Shown piece after piece: positions 1-9,155 of a stretch of 64,000 nt of DNA (position 1 is the stretch's first letter; the number at the start of each line of letters is the position of its first letter). The translations under genes were made by a program, and so were the position numbers. Origin of the DNA: Thermoplasmata archaeon (GTDB lineage: Archaea; Thermoplasmatota; Thermoplasmata; Lutacidiplasmatales; UBA184). The DNA lies in assembly GCA_021817605.1 (NCBI GenBank), contig JAKAUN010000011.1:16803-80802 (forward strand), read 5' to 3'. The notes beneath the pieces were generated by a model that saw nothing but the letters and a program-made list of their open reading frames with translations, had not been told where the DNA came from and searched no databases.

Positions 1-1
1 G

Positions 2-523
2 TCGCTCTACGGGGCGGCGAAGCTTGCCTCGGAGGCGATGGTCTCCGCCTACGCCCATTCCTACGGTCTCACCGCCCACATCTTCCGCTTCGCCAACATC
101 ATCGACGGACGGATGAAGCACGGCATCCTCTACGACCTGTTCCAGAAGCTCGCCAGGGACCCGAGCCGGCTCGAGGTGCTCGGCGACGGCCGCCAGGCGA
201 AGAGCTACCTGCGCACCGAGGACTGCGTGGCGGGGATGCGTACGGCGACCCGCGGAGCGAACGAGCCAGTGAACTTCTTCAACCTCGGCGCCGCCGATCG
301 CATCACGGTCCGGGAGATCGCCGAGAAGGTCGTCCGCGCGCACGGAGGCGGGGCACGCATCGACTACCTAGGTGGGGACCGGGGGTGGACCGGGGACGTT
401 CCCCTCCAACTGCTCTCGATCGAGAAGCTCGGCCGTCTCGGCTGGAAGCCGTCCTTCACGAGCGCCGGGGCGATCGACAAGACCATCGGGGAGCTCCGAG
501 AGGCCCTCCACGGTACGCCGTGA
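2..523 (+). CDS. NAD-dependent epimerase/dehydratase (extended SDR, UDP-sugar 4-epimerase-like), C-terminal part; the 5' end lies outside the window
   Basis: The frame is open back to nt 2. Translation begins SLYGAAKLASEAMV (SDR YxxxK catalytic motif) and continues AHIFRFANIIDGR. Stop is TGA 521-523. Confidence 0.8.
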   Translation, partial: SLYGAAKLASEAMVSAYAHSYGLTAHIFRFANIIDGRMKHGILYDLFQKLARDPSRLEVLGDGRQAKSYLRTEDCVAGMRTATRGANEPVNFFNLGAADRITVREIAEKVVRAHGGGARIDYLGGDRGWTGDVPLQLLSIEKLGRLGWKPSFTSAGAIDKTIGELREALHGTP

Positions 524-1452
524 CCGCCCGCCGCCCCACGGGGGAGGGGAAGGCGAGCGACACCCTCCCCGACGCCACGGTCCGACCGACCGCGGTCCCC
601 GCCGGCCGGGGCCCGGCGAGCGTGCTGGTCGAGATCCCCGTGAAGGACGACCCGCATCTTCCCACAACGGTCGCCTCCCTCGTCGGGCAGAGCCGACGGC
701 CCGACCGGGTGCTCGTCGTCGCGACCCCCGAGACCCCGGAGGCGCTCCTCGAGGAGGCTCGTCGGCGCGCCGCCGGCCTCCCCTTCGAGGTCCTCCGGGT
801 TCCCGGCTACGTGGTCGAGGCGCGCCAGGCGGCGATCCCCCACGTCACCGAGGAGATCACCGTCTTCCTCGACTCCGACAACGCCGGGCCGGCAAACTGG
901 CTCGAGCTGCTCGTCGCCCCCGTGGAGAAAGGGGCGGACTACAGCGGGGGACCGACCCGCCCGAGCCGCCCCCCGGAGAACTGGGTCGAGCGCTACATCG
1001 CCCTCCTCGAGAGGTCGATCTACGAGGAGCTTGTCCCCGGGCGGCTCGTCTACCTCCCGCTCCAGAACACCGCCTGGCGCTCCTCCGTGGTCCGCGGGCT
1101 CGGGTTCGACATCCGCATCCCCGGCGCGGAGGACCACGACCTCGAGAGCCGGGCGGCCGCGGCGGGGTATCAGGGCGTTTTCGTGCCCGAGGCGTGGGTG
1201 AGCCACGACAAGTCGAGCGTCACGGACTTCTTCGCCTGGGCACGGCGGCGCTACCGCGCCTACCTGCTTCCGATGGCGATGTCGCTGCTCAAGAACGGCG
1301 AGCTCCGCGGGCGGCTTGGGGAACGCCGTCGGCTCGTCCGTCACCCCCTCGCCTGGGTCGAGGAGCTCGTCAAGCCGCTCGCCCTCCTGCACGCCTGGGG
1401 CCGCTGGGCCCGCCTGGGAGGCAGCGCTTCACCACCCCCTTCCGGCGGCTAG
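520..1452 (+). CDS. Family 2 glycosyltransferase (GT-A fold)
   Basis: GTG 520 overlaps the upstream stop (GTGA). GT2-like segments are VLVEIPVKDD, the DxD-like FLDSDN, and PGAEDHDLESR. The long upstream part of ORF 385-1452 overlaps the epimerase gene and is Arg/Pro-rich. Confidence 0.7.
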   Translation: MTARRPTGEGKASDTLPDATVRPTAVPAGRGPASVLVEIPVKDDPHLPTTVASLVGQSRRPDRVLVVATPETPEALLEEARRRAAGLPFEVLRVPGYVVEARQAAIPHVTEEITVFLDSDNAGPANWLELLVAPVEKGADYSGGPTRPSRPPENWVERYIALLERSIYEELVPGRLVYLPLQNTAWRSSVVRGLGFDIRIPGAEDHDLESRAAAAGYQGVFVPEAWVSHDKSSVTDFFAWARRRYRAYLLPMAMSLLKNGELRGRLGERRRLVRHPLAWVEELVKPLALLHAWGRWARLGGSASPPPSGG

Positions 1453-1533
1453 GCCGGCCAGGGGGACGGTCGGGACCCGGCTCCCCGAGCGGGCTGCGCA
1501 AAGCTTTATGGAAACGCCTGGCTCGGCGGGCCG

Positions 1534-2472
1534 ATGACCTCCAAGGGGACGGAAAGCGGCTCGGTCACCCAGGCCGGGGAGCTTGTCCGACTCGAGTACG
1601 ATCTCTGGGCCGAGACCGGCGGCAAGACCGAGCTCCTCGACACGACGCACGAGGAGGTCGCCCAGGGGGCAGGGGACGCGGCGACGCCGGGACGGCCGTG
1701 GGGGGCCCGCCCGCACGAGATCGGAGGCGAGTTCTTCCCCCGCGGGATCGAGACCGCTCTGGTCGGCGCGAAGATCGGCGAGGAGGTCGAGCGGGAATTC
1801 GCCCCGGCCGACGCCTTCGGGGAGCGGGACCCGAACCTCATCGAGCTGTTCAGCATGCACGAGATCGAGCGCCTGCCCGAGATGCGGCGGCAGGACGCTC
1901 ACCTCGACCTCGGCACCGTCCTCACGATCAACGGACGACGCGGCCGGGTCACGACGCTCACGGCGGCCCGGGTGCGGGTCGACTTCAACCCGCCCTTCGC
2001 CGGACGCAAGGTGAAGGGGAAGTTCAAGGTCGTCGAGAAGATCACCACCGCCGCCGAGCAGGCTCGCGCGATCGTCGAGCTGCAGTATGGCCACTCCTCC
2101 GAGTTCCATGTCGAGCTCCACGACAAGACGCTCACCCTCAAGGTCCCCGACCGGGCGAAGTTCGACCCGGCGTGGATCGTCGCGAAGGCCCGTGTCATCG
2201 ACCGTCTGCGCTCGAAGCTTTCCCCCGAATCGGTCCGCCTCCTCGAGGAGTACCTGAGTCCCCGAGAGGCCAAGGCGGAGAAGGAGGGAGCGCCCGCAGC
2301 CCCGAAGGCGGCCTCCGCCGAGACCTCGGCCAGCTCTGAGGAGAAGGGCGAGGCAGCGGCGGAGAAGGCTCCCAAGCACCCGGCCCGCCGCACGGCGCAT
2401 CCGCCCACCGAGGCGAGCCCTGCCGCGCACGCGGAGAAAGGCTCCCACGGCGCCGGCGGGGAGTCGGCGTGA
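1534..2472 (+). CDS. FKBP-type peptidyl-prolyl cis-trans isomerase (archaeal long type with IF insert) with a low-complexity Ala/Glu/Lys tail
   Basis: Motifs are GEFFPRGIETALVGAKIGEE, ADAFGERDPNL and VRVDFNPPFAGRKVKGKFKVVE, compared with the FKBP/SlyD VDFNHPLAGK signature. Confidence 0.8.
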   Translation: MTSKGTESGSVTQAGELVRLEYDLWAETGGKTELLDTTHEEVAQGAGDAATPGRPWGARPHEIGGEFFPRGIETALVGAKIGEEVEREFAPADAFGERDPNLIELFSMHEIERLPEMRRQDAHLDLGTVLTINGRRGRVTTLTAARVRVDFNPPFAGRKVKGKFKVVEKITTAAEQARAIVELQYGHSSEFHVELHDKTLTLKVPDRAKFDPAWIVAKARVIDRLRSKLSPESVRLLEEYLSPREAKAEKEGAPAAPKAASAETSASSEEKGEAAAEKAPKHPARRTAHPPTEASPAAHAEKGSHGAGGESA

Positions 2473-2597
2473 GCGCCGCGGCGCCACGCTCTCCTCACCG
2501 CCTGTTTCTGGTCCTCACCTTCGTCGTCGCGGCGATTGTCGGCGTGGCCATCGCCTACTTCGGGATCTCCGGGCGCCTCGGCGGGCCCATCCCTTGA
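2469..2597 (+). CDS. Putative 42-aa single-pass membrane peptide
   Basis: GTG overlaps the FKBP stop (GTGA). The product VSAAAPRSPHRLFLVLTFVVAAIVGVAIAYFGISGRLGGPIP is one clean TM helix. It is below the ORF-track size cut-off. Confidence 0.3.
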   Translation: MSAAAPRSPHRLFLVLTFVVAAIVGVAIAYFGISGRLGGPIP

Positions 2598-2650
2598 GGC
2601 TCGCGGTGCGAAGCGAGGCGAGATAAACCGCCGCGGAGCTCGGTCCCGCC

Positions 2651-2773
2651 GTGACGGCTCTCTCCGGCGCGGAGTCGGACCGCGGCGCCTACTCCGGCTG
2701 GATCGCGGGATGGATCGTGATCATCGCCATCCTGGCGATTGGCACGGTCCTCTGGCTCAGGTACCACCCGTAG
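2651..2773 (+). CDS. Putative 40-aa single-pass membrane peptide
   Basis: GTG start. The product VTALSGAESDRGAYSGWIAGWIVIIAILAIGTVLWLRYHP is one TM helix. The 3' end overlaps the convergent methyltransferase gene by 17 nt. Confidence 0.3.
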   Translation: MTALSGAESDRGAYSGWIAGWIVIIAILAIGTVLWLRYHP

Positions 2774-3332
2774 GGGGGTCGTCGGAACCGCCGGGGTCCC
2801 GGGCCCCGGGCCAGCGGTAGAGGTAGACATCGGTAGCCGAGTCGTAGGCCTCCGGCGTCCAGCCCGGGACACGGTGGCAGTGGCTCACCACGCGGCTGCC
2901 GGGGGAGAGCTCCCGCTCGAGCTTGGGGCGCAGACGCGCCATCGCCGCCGGCCAGAGGAAGGCGGTGACGACGGTCGCCGGCCGGAAGTCGAGGTCGAAG
3001 AGGTTGCCCCAGCGGATGCTGACGAGGTCGCGGAACGGGCCGAGCGCCCGGCGCAGCCGGAGGATCCCGACCCTCAGCGGCTCGACCTCGACCGCCACGA
3101 CCCGTGCCCGGTAGGTGCGAGCGGCCCGGAAGACGATCGCCCCGGTCCCTGCCCCGAGGTCGTAGAGCGTGTCGCGAGGGGAGAGCTCCGAGAGGCGGAG
3201 CATCTCGCGCACCGCGGCCGGTGGGGTCGGCTGGTAGCCGGCTCCGAAGAGGAACGAGGCGAAGACGAAGTAGGCGAGGCCGATCGTGGCGGCGAGGAGG
3301 ACCCAGGCGAGGAGGAGGGTATCGATCGGCAT
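2757..3332 (-). CDS. Class I SAM-dependent methyltransferase with an N-terminal TM helix
   Basis: The ATG at 3332 gives MPIDTLLLAWVLLAATIGLAYFVF (TM helix), then SAM motif I LYDLGAGTGAIVF and VVAVEVEP. The upstream part of ORF 2757-4019 is off-frame overlap with meaB. Confidence 0.8.
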   Translation of the reverse strand: MPIDTLLLAWVLLAATIGLAYFVFASFLFGAGYQPTPPAAVREMLRLSELSPRDTLYDLGAGTGAIVFRAARTYRARVVAVEVEPLRVGILRLRRALGPFRDLVSIRWGNLFDLDFRPATVVTAFLWPAAMARLRPKLERELSPGSRVVSHCHRVPGWTPEAYDSATDVYLYRWPGARDPGGSDDPPTGGT

Positions 3333-3339
3333 CCCTCGC

Positions 3340-4302
3340 CTATCGACGCTCTTCGGCGACCAGGCGGTCGGCGGCGCTGCGGGGGTCGAGCTTGCGGGCG
3401 ACCACCTGGTCGACCAGCCGGCGAAGCTCCGCCTCGGCCTCGAGACGAAGGGTAAGCTCCCGGGTGAGCTCGTCGCGCACTCGGCCGACGATCTCGTCGG
3501 AAAGCCGGCGGCGCTCGGCCTGTCGGTGGACGTCGGAGCCCGCGACGAACCTCTCGTGCTCTTCGATGGCGGACCAGAGCCCCGGGATCCCCGAGGGGAC
3601 GGTCGCCGAGGTGCGCACGACCCGGGCACGCCATCCGTCCGGGCCGGGACCGAGCCCGGCAAGCTCGGAAAGGTAGCGCTCGGCCGTCTCCGAGCCGGGA
3701 AGGTCGGACTTGTTGACGCAGAAGATGTCGGCGATCTCGAACAGGCCGGCCTTGAGCGTCTGGACCTCGTCGCCGAGGTGCGGGACGAGAACGACCACCC
3801 GGGTCGACGCGATCTCGCGGATCGCCACGTCGACCTGCCCGCTGCCGACCGTCTCGACGAGGATGACGCCAAAACCTGCCGCGTCCATGAGACGCGCGAC
3901 GTCCCGCGTCGCCGCGGCCACCCCGCCGGAGGCGCCGCGGCTCGCCATCGACCGGAAGAAGACCCCCGTGTCGTCCGCGCGACGCTCGAAACGGATGCGG
4001 TCCCCGAGGACCGACCCACCGGAGAACGGGCTCGAGGGGTCGATCGCGATGACGCCGACCGTCGTGCCGGCGGCTCGCAGCTGGGTAACGAGCGCGCTCA
4101 GAAGGCTCGACTTGCCGACCCCGAGGGGACCGGCAAAACCGATGATAGGGACCCGGCCGGTGCGAGAATAGGTCGATCGGAGGAGGAGGTCGGCCTCGGG
4201 AGCCCCGTTCTCGACCGCCGTGATCGCGCGGGCGAGAGCCCGTCGGTCCCCCCGAACGATCGCCCGGGCCGCCGGGGGTAGCGTGGTGCGTTGCCCCGTC
4301 AT
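3340..4302 (-). CDS. meaB: Methylmalonyl-CoA mutase-associated G3E GTPase (MeaB/ArgK)
   Basis: P-loop [12 protein letters not shown], Walker [10 protein letters not shown] and NKxD CVNKSDL are present. The start ATG overlaps the stop of the upstream mutase subunit (ATGA at 4299-4302). Confidence 0.9.
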   Translation of the reverse strand: MTGQRTTLPPAARAIVRGDRRALARAITAVENGAPEADLLLRSTYSRTGRVPIIGFAGPLGVGKSSLLSALVTQLRAAGTTVGVIAIDPSSPFSGGSVLGDRIRFERRADDTGVFFRSMASRGASGGVAAATRDVARLMDAAGFGVILVETVGSGQVDVAIREIASTRVVVLVPHLGDEVQTLKAGLFEIADIFCVNKSDLPGSETAERYLSELAGLGPGPDGWRARVVRTSATVPSGIPGLWSAIEEHERFVAGSDVHRQAERRRLSDEIVGRVRDELTRELTLRLEAEAELRRLVDQVVARKLDPRSAADRLVAEERR

Positions 4303-4715
4303 GGCGGAGCGCGTGCGAGCTTCTCGGCCGTCCGAACGATCTCCTCGAGCGAAGTGCCGGGTCCGAAGATCGCGCGAATGCCGAGGTGCCGGAGCCTCGT
4401 GGCATCCTCGTCGGGGATGATCCCCCCGGCGAAGACGGGGATCCGGGAGGCCTTCTCCGCCTTGAGCAGCTTGAGCACGCGTGGGAAGAGGGCCATGTGC
4501 GCGCCGGAGAGGATCGACAGCCCGATGAGGTCGACATCCTCCTCGAGCGCGGCGCGAACGATCTCCTCGGGGGTCTGGCGCAACCCGGCGTAGATCACCT
4601 CCATCCCTGCGTCACGGAGGGCGCGGGCGACGATCTTGGCCCCTCGGTCGTGTCCGTCCAGCCCGGGTTTGGCGATGAGGACACGGATCGGGCGGGTGCG
4701 CTGCTTGGCGACCAC
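4299..4715 (-). CDS. Methylmalonyl-CoA mutase, small B12-binding subunit
   Basis: The GTG at 4715 gives [33 protein letters not shown], containing the DxHxxG cobalamin-binding motif. The rest of ORF 4299-4931 upstream shows no homology. Confidence 0.88.
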   Translation of the reverse strand: MVAKQRTRPIRVLIAKPGLDGHDRGAKIVARALRDAGMEVIYAGLRQTPEEIVRAALEEDVDLIGLSILSGAHMALFPRVLKLLKAEKASRIPVFAGGIIPDEDATRLRHLGIRAIFGPGTSLEEIVRTAEKLARAPP

Positions 4716-4745
4716 CGTGTTCCCTCGGGCCAACGACCGGGGGAC

Positions 4746-4760
4746 GAAAGAAAAGCTTTG
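4746..4760 (-). promoter_or_regulatory. TATA-like A/T-rich box about 30 nt upstream of the mutase small-subunit start
   Basis: The minus strand reads CAAAGCTTTTCTTTCG in otherwise GC-rich DNA. The spacing fits a leaderless or short-leader transcript. Confidence 0.35.
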
Positions 4761-5078
4761 GGTACTGGACCCGCGAGCAGGTCCTCGGGCGCACCCAGAA
4801 CAGCCCCCGGCCGTGGGAGCCAACCCCAGCCCAGAAAAGCAGCCGTCGCGTGATCTCCCTTCGTCCGTGCGTAGGCCGTGAAGGCACACGGCGGCCGCGT
4901 TCTCGGGCGGAGCGGGGAGTCGGTAAGGCACGGTTATGGGAAATTTCGAACGGTTCGGCGAGGCTCGCGCCTCGCACGGCTCACGTTCGTGCCCGGCTCC
5001 GGCCTACCCGAGCCGGGCCAATGCCCATCTAGGATAGGGGCGTAGGGCACGAAGAGTTCTTTCGGTGGGGGAAGGAAG

Positions 5079-8000
5079 ATGTCAGTGTACGGGCCCCAGC
5101 GCACGCGAACCCTCGCATTGCTCGCCGCGGTGTTGTTCGTGATCTCGATGGGGCTTTCCATCGTGTCCCACCCCGCGGCCGGCGGCACGACAACGGGAGC
5201 TGTTTAGGCGACGACGGCACGCGGCGGGGAAGTCACAACGGCCGGGAGGGCCTCGCTCCCAGCGGCCTCCGTGCCCCAGATGCAGACCAACCACAACTGT
5301 CTCGTGGTCCACGAGATCGCCCCGGGAGGGGCCACGTCGGAGGACCCGGCGGTCGCCTACGACTCCACGAGCTACGAGCCGATCCTCAACGTATATCAGA
5401 CACTCATCGCCTTCAACCGAACGTCGACAAGCTCCTACGTCCCGATCCTCTCGACCTGCGTACCGGGCACCCACGGCTGCGCTGTCGACTACAACCTGGG
5501 AAGCGTCGCCGGTAGCGAGCTCGTGGCCGACGCGTCGGCCGGGCCCGCCCTGGGAGAACCGACCTACTATACGTTCCCGATCGACCCGGCGGCGAGGTTC
5601 TACGATCCAGGGATCGGGGCCAGTTTCCCCGTCTACCCGTCCGACGTGATGTTCTCCGTTGCTCGGACGCTCGGCTACGCCAACCTCCCGGCGGTCCAGC
5701 TCACCAACGGTTGAATGCTCGCGCAGGCGCTCCTCCCTCTCTGAAATGCGAACTTCGACTTCAACTCGACCGCGAACGCGCCCATGCATTACCCCTACAA
5801 CAACACCCCGTACAACATCCTCTCCTCGATGCGGGTCAACGACAGCGCCTACTGCCCGGCGTCCGCGCTCGCTGCCGCGGGGTGCATCACGTTCGTAGCG
5901 AGCGGCTCCGGGCACGGCTGGCCGTTCTTCCTCACCCTTTTGGCGAACGGCCTGGGCGCGAGCGTGGTGCCGTGCGGCGTCTTCTCCTTCCACGGTGCTG
6001 GCCTACCGGGGTTCTCGACGAGCGCCTCCGGCGGGGACGGCTCGTGCCTGCTGCCCGGAGGCGCCCGGAGCACGACGAGCGCGTCGTTCCAGTCGTTCTT
6101 GGCGAGCAGCTCGACCGGCGGGAACAGCAGCTACTGGGACTCGGTCCAGCTCCGCGCCCTCAACGCACCGAACGCGGATCCCTGGCCGCGCGGCAACCTC
6201 ATGGGCTCGGGACCGTACTACGCCGTGGCGCCCTCGTGGGCAAGTGGCTACACCCCGCATGCGAGCCCGGCCTACGTGGAGCCCTCCGGCTGCAGCGGGG
6301 CGCGGTCGTACATCTACGTGGGCTACTGTGAGCCGGCGCCGGGCAGCTACATCCCTCAGGTCAACGTGACCTACGATCCGAACGACTCCGCCTCGATCAG
6401 TGGGTTCACAGTCGGTACGATCGACGTAGGACAGATCCAGGCTCCCGACACCGTCTCTTCGCTGCTACCTCTCGTCAATCAGAGCAAGGTGCAGTACACG
6501 GTCGCGCACTCGCTCTTCAACAGCGCGCTCGCGTTCAACTTCGACTGGAACTCCTCGCTGTTCAACGCCACCTTTGGGGCTGGGGCCGTGCCCAGCGTGC
6601 CGGACGGCTTCTTCTCCAACAGCACCGCCCGCCAGTTCTTCGTGCATGCGTTCCCGTACGCCAACGTCTCGAACTCGCTGCTCTCGGTAGGAGGGGTCCC
6701 GTACAGCTTCTACGCGTGCGGTCCGATCCCGCAGGGAGTCCCCGGCTACGCCTCCAACCTCACCGCCGACGGCAATTGCCCGCAGGGAAACCCCGACCCG
6801 AACGCGGGGGACCTCGGCGGGGCCGCCTGGTGGTGGGCCCAGGGCACCAACGTTTCCTCCCCCTACTACGACCCGGCGATGGCGAATTGCACGGCCTCTG
6901 TGCCGTGCGGGTTGCCTCTGTTGGGCGAGCCAGCAGATCCGGCGCTAAGCGCGGCGCAGCCGTTGTGGATCGGCGACATCGAGGCGCACAGGCGATGCCC
7001 TGCGACCGTACGTGGTCACCGTCCAGAGCCTGCCGCCGGGCGTCAACTTCACTACCCTCGAGACCGCCTTCGCCGTACTTCCCGAGGGGTGGTTGGCGTA
7101 CCCGGACCCGGCCAACCCCGTCGGTGGCTACGTGGCTCCGAACAGCCTCTATCCTGAGCTGACCTCCCTGCTGGAGCAGCTTAACAGCACGAACACGACG
7201 GCGAACCGGACCCTCTGCGGCCACTCCAGCGCGACCCCCGCGAACCTCTCCGATTGGGCGTATCATAGCGGCAACCCGCTCCCGCAGTGCGAGGGGGCCA
7301 TCTACGCCCTGGTGCTGGCTCTCCTGCTCGAGGCCACCACCGCGCAGAACTCCGGACTCACGCAGCCGATGCTCGGCTACAACGAGCTCAGCCAGCTCGT
7401 AGGGAAGCTCGGCCTCTTCGTGTGGTACGGCCAGGCCAACGCCGTCCCTGAGGTCGCCCCGTGGGTCAACCTCCCCTCGCTTAACCTCAACCCGGCTCTG
7501 CGCGGTAGCAACGACCAGCCGTGGTTCCACGTGCAGTTCAAGGGGACGAACTCGGTGACCTTCAAGGAGCTCAAGCTCCCTGCGGGTGCGCACTGGGGCG
7601 TCAACTCGACGTACGGGTTCCCGAACGACACCACAGTCGCAGCGGGCAAGGGTACCGCCGGATCCGTGACCATCAGCTCCGTGCCTAACGGGCCGTTCTC
7701 GTTCCAGATCGTCCCGCCGACGGGCTACGGGGTCGCGAAGATCATGGGACCGGGCTCCCCCAACCAGACCTCAGCGAACATCGCCGCCAGCACGACCTTC
7801 AAGGTGCTGTTCGGCCAGCTTCAGTCCTACCAGTTCGTCCAGAGCCTGACGGTAGGCAAAGGCAAGCTGCACATGTACACCGGTGCGCCCTGGTTGGTCT
7901 ACATCAACACGTCACTCCCGCACGGTGGAGACCCGAACCACTACGTGGTCAACGGAGCTGGGACCTACACTCCGGCGCCGCTCTTCCTCCCGAAGGGGGG

Positions 8001-8382
8001 GCACTACAAGTTCACGGTCGTTGGGTTCCCCAGCATCTACAAGGCGCTGCCGAGCCACGGCGGCTTCGGCGTTCCGGCCAAGGCCATGCAGAAGCTGATC
8101 AAGTTCAAGCTTCTGACAGAGGTCGTGAAGTTCAAGGAGTCTGGCCTCACGAAGGGGGCCACTTGGACGGTCACACTGACCGGAGCGGCGGGCGCCTCTG
8201 CGGCTTGGTTCGCGGCGGATTGCGGCGGCCTCGGCTGCTCGCAGACGACGGACAAGGCAGTGCACGTGTTCCGGCTGCCCACGGGCAACTACACCTACAG
8301 CGCGACCGGGTCCACGACAGTGACCGGTTACGTCAACGTGACCGCGCCGTCCGCGGCGCAGGTCATCACGGTGACGTTCTAG
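5079..8382 (+). pseudogene. Disrupted paralogue of the family-5 ABC substrate-binding protein at 44696-48490
   Basis: The signal anchor MSVYGPQRTRTLALLAAVLFVISMGL starts at ATG 5079. In-frame TAG 5205-5207, TGA 5712-5714 and TGA 5742-5744 interrupt it, and a +1 frame change occurs near 6990. All pieces align to the intact paralogue, e.g. HEIAPGGATSEDPAVAYDSTSYEPILNVYQTL and GWLAYPDPANP. Confidence 0.7.
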
Positions 8383-8405
8383 GCCAGGTAGGACGGACCC
8401 GCCGT

Positions 8406-8429
8406 ACCCACCCCGGCAACGGGGTGGGT
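8406..8429 (+). terminator. Perfect 10-bp stem with a GCAA loop, 24 nt after the pseudogene stop
   Basis: ACCCACCCCG-GCAA-CGGGGTGGGT is followed by CCAACCCCTTTCAT. A terminator function is inferred only. Confidence 0.35.
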
Positions 8430-8550
8430 CCAACCCCTTTCATCCCCCGGGGCCGATTCGGGCTCCCGAGGAGGGCTCGAGCCGGCCGTTCCGGCGCGGA
8501 GCGCGAGAAAAGAGAGCGCTCCCCGTAGAGGGGAGCGGTCCCTCGAGCCC

Positions 8551-8760
8551 CTACGACTCAGCCTTTCGCAGATGCCGGGCGACGACGACGTAGACGCCGA
8601 GGAGCGCAAAGGCGACGCCCAGAAAGAACAGCAGGTTAGGGGTCTCAAGGACCAGGAGCAGGAAGCCGCTCATGAGGAGCGCGACCGCGGTCCAGAGCGG
8701 CACCTGGTGGTAGGCGGGCGGTTCCGGTCGGGAGACGACCACTTGGCTTCCTGAGCTCAT
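8551..8760 (-). CDS. Small (69 aa) two-TM membrane protein, function unknown
   Basis: The ATG at 8760 is preceded by GGAGG. The product is MSSGSQVVVSRPEPPAYHQVPLWTAVALLMSGFLLLVLETPNLLFFLGVAFALLGVYVVVARHLRKAES. Confidence 0.55.
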   Translation of the reverse strand: MSSGSQVVVSRPEPPAYHQVPLWTAVALLMSGFLLLVLETPNLLFFLGVAFALLGVYVVVARHLRKAES

Positions 8761-8817
8761 GCACTCGTCCTCCCGGGTTCTCCGAGCCGAAACGTCCACC
8801 GCGGACTCCGCCGTACC

Positions 8818-9027
8818 TTACGGGTGGCTCGGCGGCGAGTGCGGATGCTGGCCGGAAGCGAACGAGCTCTGGATCCACTGGAGCACGCTCGCGGCATGGG
8901 TCCAGGACGGGACGTGCGAGATTGCCGTCGAAATCCCCGGAGCGAAGCCCGCTTGCGCCGCGGTGGCGGCGCCAGCGACCGCGACTCCCAACCCCGCGAG
9001 CACCTTGACAGCTACGGCCGACATCAT
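8818..9027 (-). CDS. Small secreted His-rich peptide precursor (69 aa, Sec-type signal peptide)
   Basis: MMSAVAVKVLAGLGVAVAGAATAAQA|GFAPGISTAISHVPSWTHAASVLQWIQSSFASGQHPHSPPSHP. A TATA-like box sits 30 nt upstream of this ATG. Confidence 0.5.
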   Translation of the reverse strand: MMSAVAVKVLAGLGVAVAGAATAAQAGFAPGISTAISHVPSWTHAASVLQWIQSSFASGQHPHSPPSHP

Positions 9028-9056
9028 GGTAATCGACCGTTCTTTCGGGCTCCCCC

Positions 9057-9065
9057 TAGTTAAAG
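9057..9065 (-). promoter_or_regulatory. TATA-like box for the small-peptide operon
   Basis: The minus strand reads CTTTAACTA, 30 nt upstream of ATG 9027. Confidence 0.4.
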
Positions 9066-9155
9066 GGTTGCCCAACACGAGGACCGCCGGACGGGACCGC
9101 CGGGGGGATTCCCAGCGACCTTCCCCCGGCGGTGCGGGCCGGGGGATCGCGGGCC

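Noticed and set aside
372-2339. A 655-aa ORF spanning the GT2 and FKBP genes in another frame. Similar giants occur at 14984-17242 (752 aa), 33294-35513 (739 aa), 42179-44230 (683 aa) and 16173-17837 (554 aa).
   Set aside because: All are Arg/Pro/Gly/Ala-rich low-complexity translations lying off-frame or antisense to genes with strong family motifs. This is the expected stop-codon-poor artefact of GC-rich DNA.
4716-5078. A cobalamin riboswitch or other ncRNA in the 360-nt gap upstream of the B12-binding mutase subunit. Two hairpins are present: GCGAGGC-TCGC-GCCTCGC near 4958-4975 and CCCGGCTC..GAGCCGGG near 4990-5016.
   Set aside because: No B12-box-like core is seen. The hairpins lie nearer the SBP pseudogene start than the mutase gene, and such GC hairpins are common in this DNA. 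The evidence is insufficient.
5205-5744. Possible stop-codon reassignment or recoding (TGA as Trp or Gly, TAG as pyrrolysine), because the first TGA aligns with Trp in the paralogue.
   Set aside because: TGA and TAG terminate many well-supported genes in the same window, for example 521-523, 2470-2472, 57446-57448 and 52820-52822. The same gene also carries a frameshift and lacks its membrane anchor. No pyl genes are seen. Decay of a paralogue is the simpler explanation.
5659-6331. ORFs 5659-5898 and 5711-6331 as alternative coding frames across the first TGA stops.
   Set aside because: Homology to the intact SBP continues in the original frame straight through both TGA codons. The alternative frames give Arg/Pro-rich sequence with no similarity.
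8818-9027. The small secreted peptide as a type IV pilin/archaellin-like substrate of the nearby A24 peptidase.
   Set aside because: Its N-terminus is a Sec-type signal with an AQA|G cleavage site. It is not a class III signal, which would have a short charged leader, a G/A cleavage site and then an uninterrupted hydrophobic helix.
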